In this document: positions 1 to 13,500 of the stretch, piece after piece | Numbering within the stretch: the first letter of the stretch is position 1 | How the letters are laid out: each line of letters starts with the position of its first letter | DNA from: the human T2T-CHM13v2.0 reference genome, Homo sapiens | Length of the DNA stretch: 64,000 nucleotides | NCBI RefSeq assembly: GCF_009914755.1 | Contig: NC_060945.1 | Direction: 5' to 3' (one strand) | The notes under the pieces: generated by a model | Database searches by the model: none | Told to the model about the DNA's origin: nothing | What the model saw: the letters and a program-made list of their open reading frames with translations, nothing else | Translations under genes and position numbers: made by a program

Positions 1-391
1 CAAACATTTGTAGTTGAGTTAAACAAAATATATTTGAGCACATTTTCTGTTGAAATGTTAATTCATAGAGTAAAACATTAATTTACAATTTGGAAGAATT
101 GCAAGTAGAAAATCATGTTATAAATGTATTGAATCATTATGTTCTCCAATGCCTAGTCCATATGTATTATTTTTCCAAATTTAAAGAGGTCAGATTTTTA
201 AAAAATACAATGTTTTTTGAATCTTCCCATGTTTAGCTCCCCTCTAATTATTTTAAGAGCTAATGTCATTATTAAAGAAGACATTTTGAAGATCCTCTTC
301 CAAGACTCTTCCAGGCATTTACTAATTTTGTGACATATTTTTGTTAGAAAGCATCTGGAAATTGGATCTCAGTGACTTACCAAAAGAAATT

Positions 392-463
392 AAATATATA
401 CATACATATATGTGTGTATATATGTATGCATATATGTATATATACGTATATGTGTATATATAT
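392..463. repeat. (TA)/(TATG) imperfect microsatellite
   Basis: Alternating tatata/catacata/tatgtata run. It explains the YIYIY stretch of ORF 322-564. Confidence 0.9.
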
Positions 464-610
464 GGTTTTACATTTAAGTACAAGGAATAACATTTAAATA
501 CCTTTGCACTGTCTTCTTTAATATAACATTGTATTTCAAAAAAGAAATAAAATATTAGATCCAATTTTTATTATGCTACATAAGAAAACATGGAAAATTA
601 AATAATGGCA

Positions 611-1111
611 TCTATATTGTTTTCCTGTTACTGCTGTTAATAAATGATTACAAACTTAATGGCTTAAAACAACAAAAAATTATTATCTTATGGTTCTAGA
701 AGACAGAAATCTGAAATGTATCTTATGGGTTCAAATCAGGGTGTCCTCAGAACTGCATTTTCTCTGGAGACTCTAGAGAAGATTCCATTTTCTTACATTT
801 TTCAGCTTCTAAAAGCTACCTGCATTCTTTGTTCTGTGACTCCTTGTTTTATCTTCAAAGCACATCACTCATAACTCCACTCTTTATCTTTATATCACCT
901 CTCCTCTTTGACACTCTGATAGTTTTGTCTACTTTTGTCAAGAACACTTGTGCCTGTATTGGGCCCATTGGGATAATCCAGGGTAAACTCCCCATTCAAG
1001 GTCCTTAATATAATGACAGGCACAGAGTTCCTTTTGCTAAGTAAGATAATGCAGTCTCACGCTGTATGGTTTAAGACCAACCTGGGGGAGGCATTTTTTA
1101 GCCTACTATAC
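611..1111 (-). mobile_element. MaLR solo LTR, MLT1D-like
   Basis: Motifs 'caaacttaatggcttaaaacaaca', 'tcaaatcagggtgtc', 'gggcccattgggataatccaggg' and terminal 'agcctactatac' match recalled MLT1C/D consensus in antisense. Confidence 0.8.
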
Positions 1112-1619
1112 TGTTTCTAGCCTTAGAAAAAGGCACAATTTTTTAATGGCCAAGAAGTAAAACAGAATTAAAACCATAATCTCAGTGTTAGGATGCTGTC
1201 TCTCAATTCCATTTAAATATTCTTGTTCTTAAAGCTATGTAACAGATCAAATTATTTAGAAAATAGTGCTATTAAGTGCAAAGTGAGTTGTTGGAGAGGT
1301 CAACAACATGACGGTTGTAGGTACCTTAATAAGAAACAAACAAGACAGAAAAATAGTTTGAACTAATAATCGAACTAATTGCGGAAATTTGAAGAGGGAC
1401 TTAAAAATAATAAATTAAGCAAGTTTACCAATACTGCTAAAAGAATGAGCTAAAAATACACAAATGATTGGATTGATAACTGGTAGAATAGGGAAAAATA
1501 AATTTAAAATGTAAGAAATATTTTAAAATATTGACTCAAAATATCCTTGAAGGATCTCAGGATGGAATATAGACAATTATATAAAAATTTAAAATATTAA
1601 AAAGTATTACTAGTAGTGC

Positions 1620-2350
1620 AGGGAAAGAGGACATGGGAAGATGTTGGTCAAAGGGTACAAAATTACAGTTACACAAGATGAATTTCAAGAAATGTACTTA
1701 CATACGCCACCCTTAAATATGTGGACCATAATTTTCTACCCCATAATTGTGTCCCAGTCTCTTTCAAGGAGTACTGTAGAAAAGTGGAGCTTCAAGAAAA
1801 TAACTACACAGTGAAGAAGCCTGACAAACACCATTTCAGCCAGTTGACCAAGGTTAACATCATCAGTGATGTCATCCTGATAGCATGCACCTTATTATGG
1901 TGTAATCAGAATGGCATTTTACCTGTGTGGTCTTCCACCCAAGAACTCCTAATCCCAATCTAATATTGAGAAAAATATCAGAGGAACCTTAATTGATGAA
2001 CAGTCTACAAAATATCTAACCAGTGTTCGTCAAAACTCTCAAGTCACATAAAACAAGGAAAATATGAGAAATTGCCACGGTCTAGAAATGTCTAAGGAAA
2101 CATGATGACTTAAATGTAATTTGATATCCTTGAAAGAATACTGGGCAGAGAATTACCATTAGGTAAAACTGAGGAAATTTAAGAAAAGCATGTACTTTGG
2201 TTCATCACAATGTATCAACAGCATAGTGAATGTATCGTGCTAATATAAAACGTTAATAAGAGGGGAAACCGGAATGGGGTATATGAGACCTCATTGAACT
2301 AGCTTTGCAAGAATTTCTACAAATGTGAAACTGTTCTAGAATACAAATTA
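1620..2350 (+). mobile_element. Old L1 3' UTR fragments (short L1MA piece, then L1MC3/4-like 3' end)
   Basis: 'atgttggtcaaagggtacaaaattacagtt' (L1MA) followed by 'gaagcctgacaaacaccatttcagccag...aaggttaacatcatcagtgat' and 'ctaaggaaacatgatgacttaaatgtaat' (L1MC4/MER42-type). Confidence 0.75.
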
Positions 2351-2454
2351 ATTAAGGTAAATCAATTACCCTGGAAAACTCGGTAGTCTTCTCCATCATC
2401 ACTTTTTCATTGAGAAATATCTTGTCCAGGATATCAGTTATTTAATAATAAATA

Positions 2455-3032
2455 ATTATTTTACTGTGATAAAATGTATGAAACTTAAAATTTGCCGTTT
2501 TAATCATGTTTAAGAGTACAGTTTTGTAGCATTACATACACTTACATTGTTGTGCAACTATTATCATTATCCATCTCCAGAACATTTTTATCTTTCCAAT
2601 TGAAACTCTATTCTCATTAAACAAAAATGTCCCATATCCCCATCTCTGCAAGTTCTTTCTCTACGAATTTGACTACTCTAGGTTGCTTATATAAATGGAA
2701 TCATAATAATATTTGTCATTTTGTGTCTGACTTATTTTACTAAACACAATTTCTTCAAGATTCATTCATGTTGTGACATAGCAGAATTTTCTTTGTTTTA
2801 AAGGCAGAATAATATTTCATTTTATGTGTGTACCAGGTTTTGTTTCCATTTATCTTTCAACTAACATTATGGTTGTTTCTACCTTTTGGCTAGTGTGAAT
2901 AATGCTGCTATGAATATTTCTGTACAAATATCTCTTTGATTTTCTGCTTTCAATCCTTTTGAGTATATACCCAGAAGAGGAATTGATGGATTATACATAA
3001 TTCTGTGTTTACATTCTTGAGGAATCATCATA
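2455..3032 (-). mobile_element. L1MB-like 3' end fragment
   Basis: 'cattgttgtgcaactattatcattatccatctccagaac', 'gtgaataatgctgctatgaatat' and 'gagtatatacccagaagaggaattg' are antisense L1MB 3' end motifs. Confidence 0.85.
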
Positions 3033-4237
3033 AAATAATAACTTATTATTAACAAGAATTAGACCACCTGAGAAACATACACTATAATATTAAAAGAGGT
3101 TAAAAGAAAGATAACATTTTAAAAAACTCTTCACTTAATGTTCTTTTGGCAAAAGAGAATTGTAACTAAATATTATAGAAGAAATTTAAAAGGAAGAATA
3201 AAGCACTTTAATAAAGGAAGATTATAAAGTAGACATACAAGAACACAGAGTAGATAAGGCACAAGAAAGATGAAAATAAAATATGAGTTTATAAATTGAA
3301 AGATAGCATCTTATATCAAAAATAATTGATCCATAATTGTAAAAACAGAAACAAATCTTATTACTTTTTATGGAACTTTGAAAATAATGAAAAAATATTT
3401 GCACCTCTTCTTAGGTAAAACAAATCTAAGTAATTTATAAGTAGCATGATAACAATATATCAAAATTTCATGGAAAAGTTTTAGTACATAAATGTCTAAA
3501 ATTAATATAAATTATGTTTTTTAAATTCCGTATGTCCTCATCTTGATAACAAACCCATTGTTCATCCAAGCAATTGAAAAAAAAATCAGATTGGCCTTGG
3601 ATTTCTCTAGAGTCATTTGCAGTACCAGTAGACTGTAAAGATCTTAGATAGTTTCACGCGAACTTCTGCAAAATATAAATTAAAAAAAAAATTTGCACCT
3701 CTGCTACTCTGATGAATACACAGCCAAAATATAGCCTAGGGCACGTGCATTGACCTAATTCCCTCCTGAATAAATATACAGCCAAAAGTCCCTCAAACAA
3801 AAAATGAATGCTAAATAATCCTACTTGTATCTCTGTATACTCTTTAAATGGAAATTTAATGGAGACAAAACATCCCCATACAAATTGAAAATTGAGAATA
3901 CGTGTTTAATTTTTTTCCTGTATGTAATGTATATAATATGTTGCTAAGAAACAGGGAAATGATTTCATTTCTCTTACTACCTATCCGTATTTGGTATAAT
4001 TTATAAGTAGTTAAAAATAGTTAATGTGAATTAACAGTGGAAATATTATGTCTTGCCAAAATAAGATGAGAGAAAATACAAGGTACCACCTCTATCCACC
4101 CATTACACTTAATATTTGACAGTAAGTTTGTTTGCAAGAAGATAGCAAGTCTACTAAATCCTGAAATGTCTTGTGTAGCATGAAAAATGCCATTCACTTT
4201 TCTAATATTTTGTCTCAAATTTGAAACAGCAAATATG

Positions 4238-4289
4238 ATAAACATTTTAATCAGAGGTGAGAAATAAACATTTTAATCAGCGGTAAGAA
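4238..4289. repeat. 26-bp tandem duplication
   Basis: ataaacattttaatcagaggtgagaa / ataaacattttaatcagcggtaagaa (2 mismatches). Confidence 0.9.
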
Positions 4290-6164
4290 ATTTAATAGAC
4301 TTTGAGCCCAGCCCTATAAATAATAACTGTGAGGTCACTATTAGTACTGACATCACAGGGTTTTGACTCATATGGTATAAGCCTATATATAATATTATTA
4401 AATTATACATGGAAAATAATAAACACCATATTAATATTAGCTGTTATTATTATATGAGCCATATTCAATGAATGTTTGTCAGAGTTCTTCAGTGGCAGGC
4501 AAAATTCTGAGTACTATATACCAGTGACCAAAGCAAAGAGTCTTCCCGTTGTGAAATTTTTCTCCTAGGGATATGTTGGGGAAAGAGAATACAGGCAATA
4601 CAATTTTTTATAATCATACTATCGTATTTATTATGTGATAAGTGCTAAGAAAAATAAATTAAAATTGAACAAGATATACCTAGAGCTCAATAAAATACTT
4701 TTAATTTCTTCTGATACAATAATTATTAAAATATAGAAAAAGTTATAATAACATAGTACAATAAAATGTAGAGCAAGTTATAAGGGGTTCACAGGACATA
4801 GTTGAGAATGGTTCCACTTTTAATTAATCAGAGTAAACCTCACTGAGTAAATAAATACACAAGCTGTGCACAAATAGAGCAATAGAAAGTTGGTGGGTTA
4901 ATGAACAAGAAAGACCATCTTTATTTTGGAATATTCAATTTTGTAGCGGTATGCAAACCAAACAAAACAACTGCAGGCTGTGTTCTGTTTATCTGCTACT
5001 GTGTTTGACCTCTACTTTAAAACAGAAAATAACTCAGAGCGACTGCATTCTAAATTTAGTCTACTAGCTTTCAAAACATTTGTTTTGTCAGTGCTACACA
5101 CAAGATTTTTCAAGTTAATATAAATGTGGTTGAAATGTATACTAGCTCATCCTTGAGCTATTGCATAGCCTCTTAACTAGTTGCCTCTCGTTGTCTTGTT
5201 TCTCTTTCCATCTTTCTTACCCAGATAAACTTTTTTAGATGAAATAAATGAATGCTTTACTCACTTGATCACAAGTAGTCAACTCTGCAGTCTACTAAGT
5301 CAAATCTAAACAGGTTAATCTCTACCATCCTGTGTCTTTTTCCCCAACTACACTTTCAAATGGCATATCATTTCTTGCACATCACTTATACTGTTGCATT
5401 ATTCAGCCTTTCCTCACTTTTGTTACTGTGCCAGGACATTAATCAACTGCATACATTTCCACTGAAATAATATCCCATCTTTCAGTCTTATACAGCCAAT
5501 TCTTCTGATTTTTACCAACAGAAATAAACTCTTCTGAAGTCCTACGTTTCTTTGTTGGTACTCTTTTTATAATATACTTCGGTTGTAATATAATTCCTCA
5601 TATTGGTTTACATTCCTTGTGAGTTTGAACATTTTTTTGCAAATGAAACCTACATAGTTTTGTTTTCTACTCAGAACCAATCTCAAATAGATGATACTAA
5701 AGAAAAAAAATATGAGAGTATGAGAGTTGCCATTCTTGTATCCATCACCTTGTGCTCCGAATTAAACAGATAAATTAAATAGATGAAATTACTTTTTATG
5801 GAGATACTTTATTTTTACATGGACAAATATGCATGAGAAAACTAGCTATGCTTTATGCTGTTAATAAAGGAAAGGGTGAAAATAGAGTAGATATTACTAC
5901 ATAAGTAACTACTGCCTTTTATAGCTGAAAAAATTCATGTAGCCTATTAGAGAGAAAAAAGAGAGAAAAGAACAAGACAGAGAGAGAGAACAAGCAAAAG
6001 GGCAAGCACAAGAACAAGAGCATATCCAATATCAAATTCAACATAAATAAAACTGATAGACTCAATACCAATATAAGAATAATTTACATACTATACATTA
6101 TATCAAAATATCAGTTATTTAATAGAAATTAACTCGATTGTTCAAGTTTGAATTACCATTTTTA

Positions 6165-6960
6165 CATTTTAATTTTAATAAAGTCCAGTTTATCAAGTTT
6201 TTTTTCATGTATTCCATCTTTAGTATTGTTTCTACAAAGTCATCATTATACCCAAGATCATTTAGGTTTTTTCCTGGGTTATCTTCTAGAAGTTTTGTAG
6301 TTTTGCATTTTCGTTAGGTCTGTAATCCAGTTTTATGTAACTTTTCTGAGGGGTGTAAGATCTATCTACATTTATATTTTTGTATGTAGATGTCCAGTTG
6401 TTCCAGCACCACTCGTTGAAAAAATTATTGTTGCTTCTTTCTATTGCCTTTGCTCTTTTTTCAAAGACAAGTGGACTATATTTATGTGGACCTATTTCTG
6501 AGCTCTCTATTCTGATCTATTGATCTGTTTTTTTTAATTCTTTGCCAATGGCACACTATATTACTGTAGCTTTATAGCAAGACTTGAGATTGAGCAGTGT
6601 CAGTCCTCTGACTTTGTTATTCTCCTTCAACATTTTGCTGTTTTGGATCTTTTGCCTCTCCGTATAAACTTTAGAATCTTTAGAAACTTTAATGATATCC
6701 ATAAAATAACTTGCTAGAATTTTAAATGGGATTTCATTGAGTCCATAGATCAATTGCAAAGAACTGATATGTTGACAATATTATCTTTCTATCCATAAAC
6801 ATGGATAATTTAGTTATTTGATTTTTTTAATCTGAATCTTGTGGTTTTTCTTCATATAGAGTCTGTAAAAATTTTGTTAGATTTATATCTAATATTTCAT
6901 TTTTGGGGTGCCAATTTTAAATATTATGTTTTTATCTTCTACATGTTTGTTACTGGTAAT
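6165..6960 (-). mobile_element. Old L1 (L1MC/L1MD-like) ORF2 fragment
   Basis: 'gatgtccagttgttccagcaccactcgttgaaa' and 'ttactgtagctttatagcaagacttgag'. ORF 6556-6759 ends in the L1 ORF2-like motif 'NKVRGLTLLNLKSCYKATVI'. Confidence 0.85.
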
Positions 6961-9281
6961 TATTATATTTTAAAGTTATATTGAGGAGATAATTGATATT
7001 AAACCTTTATAAATTAGACATACTCTCAATTTCATATAAATTTTCATGCTTTACATGTTGTTCAGAGTATTTAGCACAAATAATCTACTAAAAATAGAAA
7101 CAGTAGCAGTAATATTAACAATTAAAGTGAATAAAGTTAAAGTAGAATAAGGAGAAATAAAAAACTTGACCTATAACCAATAACAAGGTTATAGAATTAG
7201 TTCTCAAAATTCTTCCCAGAAGGAAAAGCCTAGTTCCAGATGGCTTCATCAAGAAAGGAAAATGTTAAGAACTGAAATGTAATCTCTAATTCTCCCTCAG
7301 TGTGGAATACATAAGATTGTACTAGATATAGACTAATGTTCTTGATGAGATTGTTTAGTGAATGCTGTTCAAAGGATGTATCTGTCAAACATCTTGTCTG
7401 TGCTGTTGAAATGTTTTTTTACTTATCTATACTTGTTAAAATGCAGCAAAGGAATGAAACTAGTCTGACACTTCAAAGAGTGTTACATGCTTATCGAAGA
7501 GTGAAAGTGGAAAGAATGCAGAAATGAAAGTTTCTTTCTGAGTTGAGGTGGTTCCCAGTCAGCACTGATTACTGTAAAAAAGCACATTCCTGTGAAGTGT
7601 GATTAAAGATATCACTATTTATGCTTGGGAGTCGCAAAAGCCTCACTATATTCTTTCTTAAAACTAATGTACCGTGCTTCTCAGCATGATTTATAGTTTC
7701 TCATGGCTTAGGCTATCAAGCAGAGCTAACTAATTAATTTGTTGATGACACATATGCCAAAGATTTATATTAAACCGAAAAAATTGTTTGAACTAAATTT
7801 TTATGGGTAACTTAAATAAAGAAGAAATACCCTACAAATTAAAATGAAGCCAGTATAACTGTTATAATAAAACCTAACAGAGGCACAGTAGTAATTGAAA
7901 ACTTAAAAACAATTTCCCTGAAGACCATAAATAAAAATATTTTATATAAAACGTTAGCAAATCAAGTAGATATAAGTATGTGTGTGTGTGTGAAAATACA
8001 AACAAAAAAGTTAGATTTATTACAGGAATGTGAGGTTGATTTAATATTAGAAATATCGATTAATTTACCACATTATTTCTGCAAAGAGAAACATTTGATC
8101 GTCTCAATTGAAATGGAAATAATAATAATATATGAAACTTTTAAGCTACGTTAATAGTAGTTTAATTCATTTGGATTGATTGTTCTGCTGAAGGAAAAAC
8201 AGAAAGATCAAAACAATATTTTAAAAAATCAAAGTGAGGAATAATCTAGAAAAACTGAGGAAACAACAGAAGGCAGGTGACTCTGAATTGTTTCCACCGT
8301 GATGTATTTGGTGATCTGGTGTAGGTATCTGAGAGACTGAACTAAGCTGTAATGGACTAATTTGGAGATGGTAAAACAGGAACTGAAATTCGGTGTCAGC
8401 CATACTTGGAAACCCTGGCTAATCATCTCTCTTCTGGGCTAGACCCACATGAGCTAAATCTCTTTAAATAATTTTATTCTTATAAACGTAAATAAAGAGC
8501 TCCACATGCAGCGAACTTGAAGAGCTTAATGAATTAAGGTTGAATTCCAGTGATTGCCAGCCATTCAGTCCCTGATGAAACCCACCCAGCTCCAGATGCA
8601 GAACACAACAGCACTAGACATAATAGTGTTGACTTTTTCTCAGCACGTCCTCTAGAGCACCTAGAAACAATGGCCCTTGATTCTGGACTGCTAACATCCA
8701 CAGTGTCTAGTAGGAGAAAAGGAAAATCTGTGGAGTAAGAAAATGACATCTTAGGTATCAAATTACTTACATAAGTAATTATTTTAATACAACATGGTGA
8801 GCATAATCTAAGACAAACAGCAAATAAGAAGATAAAACTATGTAAGTCATAATGAGCAGAACAAGTTAAAGACAGAAATATACCCTCAAAATTTTAGTTA
8901 AAAAATTATCAGGTGCTGTCTGTATGATACATTATTATAGTTTATCAGCTATTGCTTGGAAAACCTAAACTTTTCTCTTTTTTATCGGTACATTTGTTTT
9001 GGAGAGAATTTTATTTTCTCCTACCAAGTCTTGGGATAATCAACCAATTTAAGAAGAGCTCAAATTTTATGAATAAAAGTAAATGATACCCAAATCATTT
9101 ATAATAACACTGCAGAAAATCAAAGACAGATACATCGTTTTAAAAGTCTGGGTTAGGGTAGGAGGAAAGGTAGATCAGCTCCAATGAGGTAATATTCTGA
9201 TAACTGAGTTTTCAGTAGAAGCAGAAAAAAAAAAGCTCTATGTCAGTTAGTTGCATGTATGGAAAGACAAGACAGTAACTT

Positions 9282-9690
9282 GTATTCCAAGACAAGTTTA
9301 GCCCAAAGCTGCCTCTTTACATATTTAAGTTCAGCCTGAAGGTTTTTCTGTACATTGTGAAATATAACAAGTGGAAGTGTAAACTGACCCTAGCCTGCAC
9401 CTGTGCCAATCACTGAGTTTTGGCCAGTGAAATGTAGCCAACTGTTTGAACTGTGTTCAAATAAGGCACACACTGAGCTGTAACCAATCCAGTTGTTTCT
9501 ATATCTCACTTCTGATTTCTGTACTCGCTTCTCTCTCTCTCTTTTTTTTCTTTGTCTAGAAGTCTTCCACCACATGGCTTTGCTGGAGTCTCTCTGAATC
9601 TGCTGTGATTCTGGGGGCTGCACAATTCGTAAATCGTTCATTGCTTAATTAAACTTTAAATTTAATTAGGCTGAAGTTTTTCTTTAAACA
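9282..9690 (+). mobile_element. ERV1 solo LTR, MER57-like
   Basis: 'aagtttagcccaaagctgcctc', 'gtgttcaaataaggcacacactgagctgtaaccaatcc', 'gctggagtctctctgaatctgctgtgattctgggggctg' and a terminal ...aaca match recalled MER57. Confidence 0.85.
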
Positions 9691-9879
9691 TCTCCATCTA
9701 GTAATAAAAAATTTCTTTCAAGAATTAGAACTTATAAAGATTTTTTAGATGAACCACCAAATTATAATCACTACCAAAAGATAAATAATGCAAGAAATGT
9801 CAAGCCTGTTACACTAATAAAAGTAAAGTAATTCTAGATAGGACCTTGAATTGCAACAAGTTATGAAGATTGAATAAAT

Positions 9880-10200
9880 ACATGAGCAGGTTTGAAAATC
9901 AAGTAAATATGTAGGTTAATATAAATGAATATTCATGGTGTCAAACAGAAACGTTTTAGGGGATTTAAAATACAAATATATTGAATTAAAACATCTGACA
10001 TGACTATAAATTGGAAGGGTAGAAATGGAGTTAAAGTCTTTTAAATTACTTGCTCTTTTGAAAAGGAAGGTCAAGATAAGACAAAAAAACTTTATTAAGT
10101 CAGAGGTTCATGTTTTAATTTCTTGAGTGAAGAAGGTTCAAAAAAAATGTAAACATCTTAGTTGATGGAACAAGGAAAGCTTCACTTGAGATTTTTTAAA
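9880..10200 (+). mobile_element. Degenerate old L1M inter-ORF fragment
   Basis: 'gtaaatatgtaggttaatataaatgaatatt' and 'gaagggtagaaatggagttaaagtc' resemble L1ME/L1M4 sequence. Highly diverged. Confidence 0.5.
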
Positions 10201-11329
10201 AAGAAAATGGTGTCTTCCCTCCTTACTTCTATTCAACCTGACACCAGATGACCTAATCAGATCAGGACAGTGAGAATATGAAATACACTACAATAATGAA
10301 CTGGGAAAACAAAAAAGAAATACACTGCTACTAGTGCTGATACCAAGTTTGCTGCTTAAATTTTCCAATCTTAGTAATCAGACTGTGTTCAATAGTGTAC
10401 ATGTTCTTAGCAGTTTTTTTTTAAATATCTGGATGTTGCAGGCTAGTAGTTATGGGGATAGCTAGGGTGAGGGCTGATGTCTGTGTCCACTGGAGGGTTA
10501 AATTTTAGAATTTGGCTTATTTCCATTGGTTTCTGTCTTAAATAGGATGGATATTCTTTTGTGAAGTTTTTTCCTAGGAGATTTTGTTGCTATCTCAGTG
10601 TCAAAGATTGTTAAACTATGACCAGCTGCCTGAAATACCCTTACAGGAATTTTACAAGGCTTGAAATAAAGAAAACTGAAGCCAAATTTTCAATAAGTCT
10701 TTTACACTTAATTATTGAGACAACTGACATAGTTAAAGAGGACAAAAGAAATATTAAGCACTCAGAAACCTTAATGTTGAAATAATTTATTTTTATAAGA
10801 CCTACATGTCTGTAGAATAGATAAACTGTGGACAAAACCTTCTCAAGCAAAGTACATTGAAACAGAGAGCATTACTGTTTTGATGAAATATTCCTTATCA
10901 GAAAAATGTCACAGTTCCTTGAATAAGGCTGTATTGTTAAAGTGAAAGGAAGTCCTTTCTATTGAAAACACCCACACTCTCTGGTTTAATGGCTACTTGA
11001 CCACTATACATAATGCAAAAACATCAGTATGGATCTATTAAGAATAGGGCCCTTTATAATTCAGTCATATTAAATAGAGAAATTAGAACTGAAATAATGC
11101 TGGAAGGAAGTAAGAAGACATAGGTTGAGTCCTAATTCTCCTGTTTAGGATTTACGTACTTTCAATTCCTTACTCTAAGTTTAGGGATAACAATTCTTCA
11201 GTTGCCTTCATGTGTAATAATTATACCAATAAAAACTAATACAGGTCAATTTTTAAAGTTTATTGAATCCCTGCATAAAAAACTCTTGTCACCTGGAATT
11301 ACAGAACTTTTTTATTTTTTTTTGTTTTT

Positions 11330-11640
11330 ATTCAGTCCAAAGCATATATTAGGGGAACTTAGATAGACAGGGGTCTTTAGCCTCCTTGTGATGAAGAGTG
11401 AGAAAAGAGATGTTCCATCCAGGTATGTCCCTAATGGGCTAGCTAGGTTATATGAGGGTTGCAGGAATTTGGCTCAGGGGTCATGGATAATTTCTATGAG
11501 CTTCAAGCAACAATCTCAAAAGCTTTATCAGTGCCTGGAAATGTTTAAGACCCCATCTTGGGTTCAAGTCTGCAGGGGGAAATATGCTGCTGTCCAGGTT
11601 ACAGAGTGGTCAGGGCACTCTGTTTCTTGGTCAGGTTTTA
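11330..11640 (-). mobile_element. Probable ERV LTR fragment (family unassigned)
   Basis: GC-richer island with LTR-like motifs 'gctttatcagtgcctgg...cttgggttcaagtctgcagg...ggtcagggcactctgtttcttggtcagg'. I cannot recall the family with confidence. Confidence 0.45.
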
Positions 11641-12000
11641 CAATAAAACTTAAATGACACAAAATAATATAATTGGTCAAATTGAGAATTTTATTTCAAA
11701 TTCATTTTCTTTCCTGCAATAACGTAGCAATAGTCTTACCATGGTTGTAACAATAAATTAATATATTTTAATAATGTTAGGCAGCATTATTTTGGCAGCA
11801 AAATTGTGATTATCAATGAATAACTCTAATACCTGATGTCATAATATAAATACACATATATGCCATATATAACTACACATATAATATACATTAAACTTAT
11901 AGTATATATAATTTTATATTTAACATAATGGACATACAGTTAACATTATATACAATTAAATTATTTTATTCAGAGAAAGTTATCTGATGAGCAATATATG

Positions 12001-12053
12001 ATCCATCGATCGATCCATCATCCATCCGTCCATCCATCCATCCATCCATCCAT
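12001..12053. repeat. (TCCA)n microsatellite
   Basis: Direct tandem tcca/atcc units. Confidence 0.95.
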
Positions 12054-12349
12054 GCATTATTCCAAACTGATGATTAATTTTTAAAAAGTCATTTATTGGG
12101 AATTTAGACAGGGGAAAGTAATTAAAGGAAAAAGAAGTTCTGCTTTGGCATTGCAGTAATTTATAAATTCTAAAAGAACATTTTTCTTAAAAACATTTAA
12201 CGTGCTGAACAAAATGCAACACATAATGTATTAAATGTATTGCTAATCTAAGCTTACAAAAATGAATTTTCAAAGACAAAAACAAGGAAAGAACAAAATG
12301 AAGGTCATATGCATGAGCTAAAACTGGTCATTACCAGAAGGGGATTGAC

Positions 12350-13500
12350 AATACTAGAGTTTACAGCAGCCTAAAGTATGAGAAACAAGATTGTGTTCCC
12401 ATAAGTTAGGAGAAACTAAAGACATATTATGAAGGGGCAGTGCAGGGGGCTTAAAGAGATACACTCACAGTAAAATGATAGGAAATATACCTGTCAGAGT
12501 CTTAGCTCAAAGTTGAAAACTGTCTTCGGTAAGAATTTGTAATGTTAACTGTACACTTATGGACACTTGGTTTAGATTCACACTGCCTATTGACTGGGGA
12601 CAATCTCAAACCAATTACTTAAGTTAAATTGATTTCCAGTGGGAAACATCCTGGAAGTACGTGGAAGAAGCAAGTTACAAATTAAGGCCAAACAAATGTA
12701 AGTTCAACATTTAAAAATGGTTAAATATAAGAAATAAAGATAAATGAGTAATTTCATAAATTAGGCCTCTCAGAAATTCAGATATGGAATTTATCCAACA
12801 TAATACAATGTGACTATTATTAAATGACTATTAAAGTTGAAATACAGAATTGAAAATAAGAGCCATAAGCATTATACTGTGAAACATTGTTAGGAAAAAA
12901 GAAATGAGCCTGGCTGCCTATTATGATACTTCAAAAAATGTAAGATAGATAGATAATAGTGATAAATAGGTAGAATTATATATATAGAATGATATAGGTA
13001 TAGAGAGATTACATAGTGATATGAGAAAGAGAGATAAATTAAAATCTCAAATGATAGTTTGAACCACAAAGTAGCCAACAAAGAATTAATACAGAGGGAA
13101 AATAAGTAATAACTACAAAAATTAGAATATAATAGTTTATATTAGTAGTAGATTTATATTATATAGCACAAAAAATATAGCACAAAATATAGCACAAAAA
13201 AAATGACAGAAAAGAGATTGAAGAAAAATAGGACAAATTAAGAGGCATTGAGGACACAATAAAATTGTCTTCATAACATACACCAAATTGGCAGTCAGAA
13301 AATAGAAAACAGGAAAAACAGTGAAGCTTTAATACTGAAAGAAGAAAAGAGACAGGAGAAAAAGGGAAACCTTGTCTTTTCAAAGATTCTGAATGAAGTT
13401 TAAAAACAATTAATTAAATGAAATTTGCTCTGAGACACATCGTAATTAAATTTTTGGGGGGAGGGCTTGTGTGAAAAGAGAGAAAAGAAAGATGACTTAC
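12350..13500 (+). mobile_element. Ancient L1ME-like 5' end/ORF1 remnant
   Basis: 'ggtttagattcacactgcct', 'cctggaagtacgtggaagaagcaag' and an A-rich ORF1-like tract 'agaggcattgaggacacaataaaa'. Confidence 0.5.

Noticed and set aside
8534-8761. GC-richer patch with overlapping short ORFs
   Set aside because: No recognisable protein motif or splice structure. The flanking sequence looks like degraded old L1/MIR.
8761-8780. 9-bp-arm hairpin aattactta-ca-taagtaatt
   Set aside because: Short and AT-rich, so compatible with chance.
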